A model generated the notes under the pieces. That model had not been told where the DNA came from. It made no database searches and worked only from the letters and a program-made list of their open reading frames with translations. Positions 1 to 10,399 of a stretch of DNA of 64,000 nucleotides are shown here, piece by piece (position 1 is the first letter of the stretch; every line of letters starts with the position of its first letter). The stretch comes from a virus. Lineage: Duplodnaviria > Heunggongvirae > Uroviricota > Caudoviricetes. Made by a program: the position numbers and the translations under genes. Location: the IMG/VR virus record IMGVR_UViG_3300042401_002002; one strand, written 5' to 3'.

Positions 1-180
1 CTCTACTAATTTCTACTAGCAGTTTACCATTTAATAAATAATCATTTGCTTTACTTAATTGTTCTTTTGTCAACTCCATTTGTTTATGTGTTTAAATTTA
101 TGCAAACCTAAACATTTTATTTTTAATATACAAACATTTAATAAAAAAAAAATACTCTCCAAAAATGAAGAGTATTAATT

Positions 181-669
181 TTAGAATAATTGTTCACAAT
201 AATCAGGTTGGAAACCTACAGTAATACTAATGAATCCATCATCTTTGTAATCCATCTTGTCATTCTCAACTTTATTAATCTGACAATTATAACACCCCCA
301 TTTTTCAACTATGGAACCAGTTGGGTCACAGACACTTATGGTACAATTAAACTTATATGAAATCGAATATCCCATTCTCGCAGTGTAGGATTCTACACCC
401 AACCTAAGAGCTTCCATCAATTTTTGTGTTGTGGATGGTCCAATTGGTGAAATAAAAGTAACTTCCATTTTGTTCCATTTGTAACGTCCTGAAATATACT
501 GACTTGCGTTAAAGTAAGGAATTTCAACGTCATTTACTTCGATGCTAGGCATTGATGTTGTTTGAACTAACCAACTAGGTATGTCAAATCCAGGGTTTAA
601 GAACTCAAATATAAATCGGTTTTTTAATTTGGGTTCAGAACCTATTAAATTTCGCATTAATGTTGCCAT
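181..669 (-). CDS. tail tube protein, T4 gp19-like
   Basis: 162 aa with EPKLKNRF, IPYFN..YISGRYKW, DPTG.IVEKW and terminal PDYC, typical of gp19-family tube proteins; CTATTTA motif upstream. Confidence 0.8.
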   Translation of the reverse strand: MATLMRNLIGSEPKLKNRFIFEFLNPGFDIPSWLVQTTSMPSIEVNDVEIPYFNASQYISGRYKWNKMEVTFISPIGPSTTQKLMEALRLGVESYTARMGYSISYKFNCTISVCDPTGSIVEKWGCYNCQINKVENDKMDYKDDGFISITVGFQPDYCEQLF

Positions 670-799
670 AAATTAAATTTTGTTTTAATTTAAATAGAGT
701 AACATTAAGTTTTTTTTATAAAAACAAAAAACCTTGTTTTATTAGAACAAGGTTTTTGAAAAAGAAAACAAAATTAATACAAACATTAAAATATATCAT

Positions 800-1261
800 T
801 CAACTAAAAAAATCAATTGATTTAAAATATAATTCAGACATTAATAAAACATCGTTACTTGTTTTTGGTTTATTGTAATTAAGTAGGTCGCTAAAGTACA
901 TAACATCAAGAACATAAACTAAGTCATCATAATCTTTATTATTATAAATTTGACCTAAAGCATGGTTGTACATATAATTAAAATAATCGTAACGTTTTTT
1001 CATGTTAAAATTAATAAACTTATAGTTACTTACTGTTTTATTGAAACACCATAAAAAATGATTTTTAACATCTTCTTCATTTTTTGTTAGTTCATCACCA
1101 AGAAATGTTGAGTGAAGGTTAAACATTAGGTTGTTAGTGAATTCTCTAATGATGTCAACAAATTCACGTTGAATTTCACTATTCTTGTAAGCTATTATTA
1201 ACTCATCTTGTGATAGTAGTTTAGCCAATTCTGGTTTTATATGAATAGTTTTTGGTTCCAT
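800..1261 (-). CDS. hypothetical phage protein
   Basis: 153 aa ORF, no recognised motif. Confidence 0.6.
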   Translation of the reverse strand: MEPKTIHIKPELAKLLSQDELIIAYKNSEIQREFVDIIREFTNNLMFNLHSTFLGDELTKNEEDVKNHFLWCFNKTVSNYKFINFNMKKRYDYFNYMYNHALGQIYNNKDYDDLVYVLDVMYFSDLLNYNKPKTSNDVLLMSELYFKSIDFFS

Positions 1262-1377
1262 AAAACATTTATTTAAAAATATGTTATTTGTCTTATAACT
1301 CGTATAAGGTAGGTAATTTTTTTATAAAATCCAACCTTTATTGTTAATATTTTAATAAAGGTTGGTTTTTTAATATG

Positions 1378-3348
1378 TTAGAATTTAGGTCTGTTATTTA
1401 GTTTATTAGACACATATTTTGATGGGTCATAATTAACTAACTTTTTCATTTTTTTAATTGTATCTTTATCAACTAATTGAGTTGATTCTTTGATAACATA
1501 TACAACTTTATCTTCTTTTTTATTATAGAAGAAATCGAAGTTGTTTAATGTTTCATTTAAATCAGCTTTGATACTATTAGTTTTAGATTCTAATAAAGAA
1601 CCTAGACCTTTATAATTTAATTTATAAACACCTGGTTTTTCTGTATCTTCTTTAGTTGCTTCTGTTAATGAATTAGTTTTAATAGTCACAAAATTATGTC
1701 TATTATTAATATCATAATAAGAAGAAGTTATTGATTCATTTAAACCAGTAAGTTTATCTTTGATTGTTGGTGTTTTACTAAAATCATTGATTTGAGTTTC
1801 AACATCTCTCATTGATTTTCTTTCCATTTCTCTAGCTTTAGCTTTGTCTTTAAGTTTGCTGAATTTTTCTTCACCAATACCTTGTTTAAGTCTATCCCAA
1901 TAAGCTGGTGAAGGTTCGTAACTATAATCTAAGTCTTCAAGACCTCTACCACTATCATTGGTTGTTAAATCATTTTGTTCTTTAGATGGTACAAACTGAA
2001 CTAATTCTTTTGGATTATCTTTAGCGTTGTCACCATCGTAATCATATTCAAAAGGAGTTGGTTCTTCTTGTTTGTCTTTAAAGTAGTTAGCTATTTGACT
2101 GTTAAGAGATTTAATGTCATTAGCAAGACTTTTTTCATTCTCTTTATTGATTTTGTTTATTTGTTGTGTTACTATTGGAACAGCTACTTCGTTAATCATA
2201 TTGTTAGTTGTTTGTGTATCTCCGGTTGGGTTAGTTTGGTTATTAGTTATATTAGGTTGTGTTTCAGTATTACCTGTTATTATAGTTTGGTTATTTGTTT
2301 CTAAAGGTTGTGTGTTATCTACAGAAGTATTAATAGTTTTTGGTTGTAATTTATTTGTATAATCAATTAAATCATCGTTTTCATCTGAAGCTTCTAAACT
2401 ATCATCAATTTCAGAAATCACATATAATTTTAGTGTTTGTTCAAAAATATCGTAATTCTGTTTGATTGTTCTTAAAATTGTTTCCATGTCTAATTCATCT
2501 TGTAATGAATTAACTTTAGTACAAACAAAATTAATGTAGTCATCAGCATCAACTATTAATATATATGTTTCACTTGTTTTATTAAATAAACTAAACAACA
2601 CATTTAGTGTTCCGCCTTTCATTAATTCATGTAAAGCGATTTCTGGTTGAATACCGTTAATTAATTCTATTTTAATATCATCAAATGTTATTGCATCAGG
2701 TGCATCATTGCTTTGAATTATTAAAATATTATTCGGAATACCTTGTTCAGTTTCACCAGGAATAATGTCTTCACTTAATTGAGTTAAGAATTTAGTTTTA
2801 TTATTAATTAGTGGTGTATTAACAACTGTTGCACCAACTGCTTTAATAATAGGTGAAGCAAATTTTCTCCAGTTTTTAACATCTTTAGCAAACGAAGCTG
2901 GTCCAGAAGGAAAGTTATCAACCGCAGATGTATCTGTTTCGTTTACAGCTTGTTTTTCTGGTGTTTCAGCTTTAACTGTTTGAGCAACTTCTTTAGATTG
3001 GTCGATAGCTAATCTTTCTTTAGCTTTTTCAAGTTTTTTATCTTCCAGATTCTTTTTGTTTTTGTGTAAATAATATTTTCTAAGTTTAAGATACCTTTCA
3101 AATAAAACTTTATTACTTCTTACATATTTAAGAAATAACATAGAAAGAATTATCTCGTTAAAGTGGTAACCGAAGACATCCTTACCTCTAGTTTTAATTT
3201 TTTCATATATGTTCTTTAAGAAGTTAACATCAGTAACGATTTGAAGCATCGCTTTTGAGTTAAACAACCTATTTCGACCATACTTACCTTTATTATCATC
3301 AGCTTCTGATAAGGTATCATAAAATTCTTGTAGTTCGTTGATTGTCAT
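1378..3348 (-). CDS. hypothetical protein, possibly virion-internal
   Basis: 656 aa, low-complexity T/N/Q linker, many [LI]-x-E motifs; downstream of 3392..3598 in a unit preceded by CTATTTA. Confidence 0.55.
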   Translation of the reverse strand: MTINELQEFYDTLSEADDNKGKYGRNRLFNSKAMLQIVTDVNFLKNIYEKIKTRGKDVFGYHFNEIILSMLFLKYVRSNKVLFERYLKLRKYYLHKNKKNLEDKKLEKAKERLAIDQSKEVAQTVKAETPEKQAVNETDTSAVDNFPSGPASFAKDVKNWRKFASPIIKAVGATVVNTPLINNKTKFLTQLSEDIIPGETEQGIPNNILIIQSNDAPDAITFDDIKIELINGIQPEIALHELMKGGTLNVLFSLFNKTSETYILIVDADDYINFVCTKVNSLQDELDMETILRTIKQNYDIFEQTLKLYVISEIDDSLEASDENDDLIDYTNKLQPKTINTSVDNTQPLETNNQTIITGNTETQPNITNNQTNPTGDTQTTNNMINEVAVPIVTQQINKINKENEKSLANDIKSLNSQIANYFKDKQEEPTPFEYDYDGDNAKDNPKELVQFVPSKEQNDLTTNDSGRGLEDLDYSYEPSPAYWDRLKQGIGEEKFSKLKDKAKAREMERKSMRDVETQINDFSKTPTIKDKLTGLNESITSSYYDINNRHNFVTIKTNSLTEATKEDTEKPGVYKLNYKGLGSLLESKTNSIKADLNETLNNFDFFYNKKEDKVVYVIKESTQLVDKDTIKKMKKLVNYDPSKYVSNKLNNRPKF

Positions 3349-3391
3349 TTTATTTTTGTTGTTATTTTAAAAGTTGTTTTTTTTGTTTTAG

Positions 3392-3598
3392 TTATTTAAC
3401 ATCATTAACCCAAAAACTAGATTTATTGTATAAAGCTTTTGTGAAATTAACCAATGCTTTGGCAGCTATTTCTTTCATTGCTTTTTCATTATCTATGTTT
3501 TTATTTTGTGATTTAACTTCCTTTTCAACCATGTCTTTTATTTGAGACAAAATTTCTTTTTTTAGGTTGTTTAAATCAGTCTTGGTAATCTCTGCCAT
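3392..3598 (-). CDS. small hypothetical protein
   Basis: 68 aa ORF with CTATTTA motif 13 nt upstream. Confidence 0.55.
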   Translation of the reverse strand: MAEITKTDLNNLKKEILSQIKDMVEKEVKSQNKNIDNEKAMKEIAAKALVNFTKALYNKSSFWVNDVK

Positions 3599-3676
3599 AA
3601 CATTTTTTAATAAATAGTTTCAGTTTTATAAAAATGTTTGTTTTGTTGAAACCTTTTTGTTGTTAGAATAAAAACA

Positions 3677-3712
3677 AAAAACCTCTCCTAAAATTAATTA
3701 AGAGAGGTTTTT
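3677..3712. terminator. conserved bidirectional terminator hairpin AAAACCTCTCYT-N-ARGAGAGGTTTT
   Basis: Inverted repeat with A/T tails; closes array 1. Confidence 0.7.
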
Positions 3713-4586
3713 ATTTCGTAAAAATAGTTATCGAATCAGATAGAAATCTTTTGTTGGTTAATATCCATTGGTACCAAAAATTATTAAATTTATGATATTG
3801 GTAGTGTTTTATTATGTTAAGTTTCATCTTTTAAATGTTAAAATTTTATTGTAGTATTCTTTTGAACCTGTAAAATCTTCAATATACCACTCATCGTGAT
3901 TATTATCTAATAGTTGATTTCCAACAAACTTCCAGTTATTAGGTATTCTTATAAGTTTCATCTCCAATAAATAATTAATCGGTTTAATCTGAAAGATTCA
4001 TTTCTATTAAGTAATAATATTTCTAAACTACTACTATCATTTATACCTGATATATTCAAAAACCTTAATGTAAATTTTGTGTTTTTAAGTTTCATCTTGG
4101 AAATGTTATTAATTTGTTATGCTTAGTATTATCTATAAGTTCACTAAGACACCAATTTTCAGTTAAATTTTGGAAAACATCTTTTTTCTCGCCAACAAAT
4201 TTCCACTTATGATTAGTTATATTAAGTTTCATCTTGATAACGATATAAGTTGATTATAAAACATTTTATAATCTGTAATAGTTTGAATAAAACTTCTTCC
4301 ATCACTATATATAATATCGAATTTAGTATAAAATTTCTCTCTTTTAAGTTTCATCTCCAGTAAATATAAATTCTATTATGTACTTTATTATTTAAATCAT
4401 AATTAGGTTGAAACTCATTAAACCAATCTTTATTAAATCTGGTTGAATTATTTAGTTGTATTTTCATCTTAGTAATGTTATTATTGTATCATACAAACCA
4501 ATTGTTATTAATTTTTCATACGTAATATAGCCTACTGAAACATTACAGACGAGTTTTAAATTTATATTTGTTCTTACCAATTTCAT
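3711..4586 (-). repeat. MKL microgene array 1a (7 ORFs)
   Basis: ORFs 3711-3827, 3824-3961, 3958-4095, 4092-4232, 4229-4354, 4351-4467, 4464-4586, chained by ATGA overlaps; e.g. MKLIRIPNNWKFVG...YNKILTFKR and MKLNITNHKWKFVG...HNKLITFPR. Confidence 0.9.
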
Positions 4587-5143
4587 TTCAATATCTTTTT
4601 AATTTCATTAAAACTAAACGCTGGTGATACATCTGTGTAATTTAAACCAATGTTTGCTCTACAGAAGATACCTTCATACATTTCAACGTTATCTATTGGG
4701 AATATATGTGAAACACAATCACGTTTTATATTGTGTTTAGTTAGTAATTCTTTTAGTAAAACTCTCAATGTAGAATATTGTTCTTTTGTGTAGTTATGCC
4801 ACAAAGTTTGGTCCATGTATTTCTTTCTGAATACTTCATCACTTGGTACCAATACATTATACCAGTTTTCAAAAGTATCATTATCAACTTCTTTCAACCA
4901 ACCTAGATTTTCTAAACAAATTGTTATGTTATAACTATCAATTTTATTAATACCTGTAATCTTGTTATGAAATTTAGTATCCATAAATTGCGTTAAAACA
5001 CCTTCTCTGTTGATTATATAGTGTGGTTGAATAACTTCATGTTGCAAAGATAATCTGTCCGTGTAGTCATGTTCTTTCATCAAAGAATTGATTAACATAA
5101 TTCTATCCTTTGGTGTTTCTTTGGTTGTTATTTCTGGTTTCAT
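4583..5143 (-). CDS. N-acetylmuramoyl-L-alanine amidase-like protein (Amidase_2/PGRP fold)
   Basis: HYIINREG, ITICLEN, YTKEQY and DVSP motifs. Confidence 0.75.
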   Translation of the reverse strand: MKPEITTKETPKDRIMLINSLMKEHDYTDRLSLQHEVIQPHYIINREGVLTQFMDTKFHNKITGINKIDSYNITICLENLGWLKEVDNDTFENWYNVLVPSDEVFRKKYMDQTLWHNYTKEQYSTLRVLLKELLTKHNIKRDCVSHIFPIDNVEMYEGIFCRANIGLNYTDVSPAFSFNEIKKILK

Positions 5144-5584
5144 CTTGTAAAGGTTATTAGTACATCATTCCACTTATAGTTAATTATAGTTTTTAAACTA
5201 TAATAACCATCTGAATAATTAATATTATTAGTAGTTATTAATTTAGCTATAACTCTGTTTCTTATGTAAAGTTTCATCTTTTTAAAATTGTAATTACATT
5301 AATAAAGGAAGAATATGTTTGTATTATTTCTTCTATTGTCCAAGTTCTTATATTAGAAACATTACCAATTGAATATCCGTAATAATTAAAATCCTCGTTA
5401 GATTTATCATGTTTAGAAATATCATGTATTGTAAGTTTCATGTTAAGTTATAATATCTTGTTTCATCTTTTATAAATATAACTAATTTATTTCTATGTTC
5501 CCAATTATGATTTTTCCATTCTCTAGTTAATACTAACGTATTAATATGAAAATAATGTCCAGTATTTAATATTTTAAGTTTCAT
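5140..5584 (-). repeat. MKL microgene array 1b (3 ORFs)
   Basis: ORFs 5140-5277 (MKLYIRNR...NDVLITFTR), 5274-5441 (MKLTIHD...NVITILKR), 5438-5584 (MKLKILNTG...). Confidence 0.85.
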
Positions 5585-6024
5585 ATCTTATTTCTTTTAA
5601 GTCTTCTAGCACTAACTTCTTTTTGTGTTGTTGCAAAGGTAACATTTTTTTTCCATTTACAAACATATTCTTTATTTATTCTTGTAATTTCTTTTTCATT
5701 TGGTAATGTTACTGTAACTGGTTCTTCTTTTATAACAGCCATAATACCATATATTCTACAAGCTTTTCTTATTTTTTTAAGATAAACAAAATGTATCTCT
5801 GTTCTATGGTATTCATTATCTATAATATAACCTTTACTTTTTAAACCTTTGATATTACCGTTTTTATAGTATTCAGTTATAAATTCAACACCTATTTTAT
5901 ATATTGATGTTAATTTAACTTTTTTGGTGTGTATTTTTTTATTTTCTTTATAACGTATGGTTATTACTATATTCTCATTCTCATCCCATTTGATTGGATG
6001 ATTAACTTTGACTCTTTTATACAT
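5581..6024 (-). CDS. basic hypothetical protein
   Basis: 147 aa ORF; first gene of the unit that carries array 1. Confidence 0.55.
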   Translation of the reverse strand: MYKRVKVNHPIKWDENENIVITIRYKENKKIHTKKVKLTSIYKIGVEFITEYYKNGNIKGLKSKGYIIDNEYHRTEIHFVYLKKIRKACRIYGIMAVIKEEPVTVTLPNEKEITRINKEYVCKWKKNVTFATTQKEVSARRLKRNKI

Positions 6025-6099
6025 ATTTATAATGATTATTTTTATTAATTACAAAATTAATATTATTTTTAATTTAAACAAATAATTTTGTTGATTTAT

Positions 6100-6125
6100 T
6101 GAAACCTTTTATTTAGATTTGCGTT
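6100..6125 (+). promoter_or_regulatory. composite promoter TGAAAC-N16-CGTT containing TAGATTTG
   Basis: One of seven similar copies, each shortly upstream of a gene start. Confidence 0.65.
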
Positions 6126-6162
6126 ACAATTAGAAATGTTCATATAAACATGTAAAATAGTT

Positions 6163-9100
6163 ATGCAAGAAGAAAAAATGTTATTTAGGTTTTTCAATGA
6201 AAATAACTTGAAACCAACTGATGGTTCCTTCTTTATTGAAGGTGAAAGAGTTGATAATGAAATTATATATAGAATTTGTTTTTCACCTTCAAATAAAAGT
6301 ACAATAAAATATTATGAACACTATTACTATAAATATAACAATGATGTCGTTATAGGTAGTTTACTAGATGTTAGAATGGAAAAATTAAAAATAGTTTTAG
6401 TGTCTAATTGTTATAATCATGATGAATCACTTAAATTACAAATTAACTCATCTGATTTATTAAAATTATTATTGAATAAATTTAGTGATATTATGTGTTC
6501 ACCACCAGGTGAAATAAATGATATTAACGAATTGAGTGATAAATTTTATTATAGTTTAACTTATACTAAAACAAATGAAGAAATTATTCCAACAATTAAA
6601 AGTAAAATAGTTATGCAAAACCAAGAAGAAAAAACTCTGTTAGTTAAAGATGTTGTTAGAGAATTAATGGTTCATGATGGTGAATTTAGTATTGAAAATA
6701 ATAAATATAACACAATATTAAATTTTAAATACAACAACCCAACTGAACAACTTAACAATGATTTAAATTATTTTTTAGGTAATCCTTTTAATGTTAAAAC
6801 AAACATAACGTATGTTCCATATACATTAATAGAAAAAATAAATAATAAAAATTTATTTATAAATATTTTAATATGTGATAAATTAGAACTTGATTTTGAT
6901 GATTTGATTAATTTTCTTGATTCAAATCACGCTATAGATGGATATGATTGGAAGTATTCTATTAAAAACAATGCAAAATTATTAGAATATTTTGAATCAT
7001 CTAAAGATATCGAATATAAAAAGATTTCAATAAAAACTGATGAAGTCCAGATTAATAAATATAAGTTATTTTATATTGAAAATTGTAATCAGTTTTTAAT
7101 AAATGAAAGTAATCAAAATTATTTTTGCGAATATTCATTAAGTTCTTTTCCTAGTAGTAATATTTTAACAATTAAAAAACAATATCATATTCAAAACCAT
7201 GATAATATAACACTATTATCAACCGATTATGAAAATAACCCAGTTAGTACTTGGTTAGATAAAAATGAAGTAATAACACTAAAACCTGCTTTAGGTAATA
7301 TTGGACATCCGGCTTTAGCTGACACTGGACAAAATATTTACAACGATTTCCAACTAATCAAAACCCTTGTTAAAAAATGTAAATTCAACACAACTCAATC
7401 ACCGATAACAACAAAAATAAAACATTTTGTTGTTGATGAAGAGGGTACATTTTATTTATTAGGTGAAGCAGGTGATGTTAATGTTGGTGATGATGTGCTG
7501 GTTTGTACTAAAATGAATGATAGTTATCAATTTAGTAAACAATATTGGAAAGTAGTGTCAAATGACGAAGTGAATCCTACTGTTGGTTTATGTAAACATA
7601 ATGATAAACGTCTAGATGCTCACATGTTACGTAAAAACGTTTATAAAATATATGCATCAACTTCTGATAAGATTTTACATAGTAATACTTATATAATGAA
7701 ATCAAAGTTGTTGGATTATATAAATTATTTAGGTTTTGGTTTTGATGTTAAAGATAGAAGTGCAATTTATTTAAAACAGCATGAAAAATTAGAAACCATA
7801 TTATCGACTAAGAAGATACTAAACATAGATTCAATCCAACCAAAAGAATCATTAACTTTCATTTATAATAATATGTTACATAATTGTGATATAAAAGGGT
7901 TTAAATCACCTAAATTGGTGTTGATTGGTGATAATGAAAATAAAACACATTTAACTAGTGATGCTGATGTTAGAACTAAACATTACAAAGGTGATTTCTA
8001 TTTACTTGAAGACCAGTTTAATGAAAATTGTCAATATTTTGTTGTTGATAACCCTGGTTCACTTAACCATAACCTAATATTTAGACATTCTTATTCTCAA
8101 GTTGATTATGATTGTGTTTCAGGGTATCTTGTATCTTTTGTTAAAGACACACCTTCAAGTAGTACTAGATTGTTTGACCGTAAACTAGTAAAATCAATCA
8201 TAGGTACAACTAATAAAGCATTGGGTGGAAAAATACTAATGAATGCATCTATGATTTTTGAAGTTTTAGATGAATATAGACTTAGTATTAATTTGGAAAC
8301 GTTAGATAGTGGATTACATCAATCTTATTATTTCTTGAATAGATTACTTGATGATTGTTTTGTTAAACCTTTAAATTCAAAAGATGATGATATATTTATT
8401 ACATTTAAGACAGGTTTGAATGGTGAAAATGAAATTAAACTACCTGTTATTGATGGAAAGATAAATTTAAATAAATTTAATCATGTTTCTTTCTTCATTA
8501 AAGATATTATAATTCCTGAAGGTGTTTTACATTTATCTATTAAATCAACAACAATATCTAAGTTGATTTTACCTTCTTCACTTATTAGTTTAGATGCAAC
8601 GCAATGTAAAGATTTATCTGAATTAATCATACCTGATGATTCTAAATTAAAGGAATTAACTATTTCATTTTCTTTATTAACTGATTTGGTTATTAAACAA
8701 ACTTTAGATAAATTAAATATTATTGACAATAATAAATTAGAATCACTTAGTTTATTGGGTTATGTTAAAGACATTAACGCACATAATAATAGTTTAAAAA
8801 CTATTGATTTAGTAGGTGGTTGTGAAGAATTGAATGTTTCACATAATAATTTAACTGAATTAGTAATACCCGATGGTTGTATTAATGTTAACGCTAAAGA
8901 TAACAAACTAACTAATTTGGTTTTATCAAACACAGTTCAAACATTTGATGTTTCTAATAATAATTTACTTAATCTTAAAACAGGTACATCTGTTTTAAAT
9001 TTTAATGCTAATAACAATAAATTAGTTAACGTTAAATTAAATAAAGGATTAACTAATCTTAGTGTTGATAATAATAACATAACCAAGTTAAAATTACCAA

Positions 9101-9294
9101 ATAGTTGTGTTACCGTTTATGCAACAAATAATCCAATTAAAGGGTTAAGATTAGGACAAAGAACAACCGGTATGTATATTAGTAAACGACCTGATTTTGT
9201 TACAATGAATCGAAAAGTATTTGATTACATGTGTAATAAAGACAAAAATGGTAAATTAAACATAGATTTCTTGGTTAAATTAGCAAGTTCTTAA
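6163..9294 (+). CDS. large protein with C-terminal leucine-rich repeats
   Basis: C-terminal repeats LxxLxxxxNxLxxL (LNVSHNNLTEL, FDVSNNNLLNL, LSVDNNNITKL); two internal similar modules (GTFYLL...KIYASTSD and GDFYLL...KSIIGTTN). Confidence 0.75.
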   Translation: MQEEKMLFRFFNENNLKPTDGSFFIEGERVDNEIIYRICFSPSNKSTIKYYEHYYYKYNNDVVIGSLLDVRMEKLKIVLVSNCYNHDESLKLQINSSDLLKLLLNKFSDIMCSPPGEINDINELSDKFYYSLTYTKTNEEIIPTIKSKIVMQNQEEKTLLVKDVVRELMVHDGEFSIENNKYNTILNFKYNNPTEQLNNDLNYFLGNPFNVKTNITYVPYTLIEKINNKNLFINILICDKLELDFDDLINFLDSNHAIDGYDWKYSIKNNAKLLEYFESSKDIEYKKISIKTDEVQINKYKLFYIENCNQFLINESNQNYFCEYSLSSFPSSNILTIKKQYHIQNHDNITLLSTDYENNPVSTWLDKNEVITLKPALGNIGHPALADTGQNIYNDFQLIKTLVKKCKFNTTQSPITTKIKHFVVDEEGTFYLLGEAGDVNVGDDVLVCTKMNDSYQFSKQYWKVVSNDEVNPTVGLCKHNDKRLDAHMLRKNVYKIYASTSDKILHSNTYIMKSKLLDYINYLGFGFDVKDRSAIYLKQHEKLETILSTKKILNIDSIQPKESLTFIYNNMLHNCDIKGFKSPKLVLIGDNENKTHLTSDADVRTKHYKGDFYLLEDQFNENCQYFVVDNPGSLNHNLIFRHSYSQVDYDCVSGYLVSFVKDTPSSSTRLFDRKLVKSIIGTTNKALGGKILMNASMIFEVLDEYRLSINLETLDSGLHQSYYFLNRLLDDCFVKPLNSKDDDIFITFKTGLNGENEIKLPVIDGKINLNKFNHVSFFIKDIIIPEGVLHLSIKSTTISKLILPSSLISLDATQCKDLSELIIPDDSKLKELTISFSLLTDLVIKQTLDKLNIIDNNKLESLSLLGYVKDINAHNNSLKTIDLVGGCEELNVSHNNLTELVIPDGCINVNAKDNKLTNLVLSNTVQTFDVSNNNLLNLKTGTSVLNFNANNNKLVNVKLNKGLTNLSVDNNNITKLKLPNSCVTVYATNNPIKGLRLGQRTTGMYISKRPDFVTMNRKVFDYMCNKDKNGKLNIDFLVKLASS

Positions 9295-9311
9295 AAATAA
9301 TTTAGAATTTA

Positions 9312-9337
9312 TGAAACCTTTTGTTTAGATTTGCGTT
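9312..9337 (+). promoter_or_regulatory. composite promoter TGAAAC-N16-CGTT
   Basis: tgaaaccttttgtttagatttgcgtt upstream of 9374. Confidence 0.65.
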
Positions 9338-9373
9338 AGAATCATTAATTAACGATTTAAATTAATAAGTAAA

Positions 9374-10360
9374 ATGAAAAAAATATTATTTATGTTGTTT
9401 GTTATCCTAGGGATAAGCTTACAAAATGTTATTGCACAAAATGATAGTGTTGTGTTGCCTGATTATATGTATAAATATGAATTTAAACATTATAAAGAAA
9501 AACAATATACAAATCATAGATTAAAAACTAAAAATGAGTATAGTTATGATGAAAAATTGGGGCGAACAGTAATGAAATATTATTATACTATAGATAATAA
9601 AAAACCTGTAAGAGTTGAGAATACCGTTTCATATAATAACACATGTAATTGGTGGTATATAAAGCAGTCTATGGTTTATTCAATTGAAAGTAATATAGTT
9701 GGGAGTTATTGTATTAATGATGATGAATGTATTATTTTTGTTAAAACAATGGAGTTTTATAAATTTAGGTATTCTGATAGTTCCATAACCTATGTCGGTG
9801 ATTTGTCTGAATCAGGTTTATTTAATGAAACAATTAATTATAATCGTAATGAGACAATTAAAGAAGTTGAAGATGTAATCAATAAAAACCCTAATAGTGG
9901 GCAACCATCTAGTGAAACTCTTGAAATTTATTACAAGTTTCGTGGTGTAAGAAATATTCAAATAGGTAGAATGGAGTCAGGGAATTTAACATATATTGAT
10001 GGTGTTTGGTTTTTATCATTTCAATATTATGATTTTACTAAACCGCTTAATGATGGTACTGAAATATTACTTAGGAGTATTGATAATATGAAAACTTGGA
10101 CTAGGAGTAAAGTTTATTTAAATTATATGTATAAGCAGTATGATGTAAATTTGAAAAAATTTATACCTTTCTTATTAACTTTTGAAAATAATGATGGTCA
10201 TTTGACAAATATATATAAAATTAATAACGTTATTTATTTTAGTGACATAGAAAATGTTATTTACAAATCTGTTGATAACGGTAACATATTTAAGTTATAT
10301 AAAATTTTCAAACCGTTCCCTACACCTGTAGTGCCAACTTTTGAGAATACAAATCATTAA
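9374..10360 (+). CDS. secreted protein with Asp-box (BNR)-like motifs
   Basis: Sec-type signal MKKILFMLFVILGISLQNVIA-Q; SxDxxxTW-like boxes SIDNMKTW and SVDNGNIF. Confidence 0.6.
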   Translation: MKKILFMLFVILGISLQNVIAQNDSVVLPDYMYKYEFKHYKEKQYTNHRLKTKNEYSYDEKLGRTVMKYYYTIDNKKPVRVENTVSYNNTCNWWYIKQSMVYSIESNIVGSYCINDDECIIFVKTMEFYKFRYSDSSITYVGDLSESGLFNETINYNRNETIKEVEDVINKNPNSGQPSSETLEIYYKFRGVRNIQIGRMESGNLTYIDGVWFLSFQYYDFTKPLNDGTEILLRSIDNMKTWTRSKVYLNYMYKQYDVNLKKFIPFLLTFENNDGHLTNIYKINNVIYFSDIENVIYKSVDNGNIFKLYKIFKPFPTPVVPTFENTNH

Positions 10361-10363
10361 ATA

Positions 10364-10398
10364 AAAAATCTCTCTTAAAATTAATTAAGAGAGATTTT
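10364..10398. terminator. conserved terminator hairpin
   Basis: Between convergent genes. Confidence 0.7.
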
Positions 10399-10399
10399 A

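Noticed and set aside
3711-5584. RiPP precursor peptides
   Set aside because: No modifying enzymes or transporter nearby and no leader/core pattern
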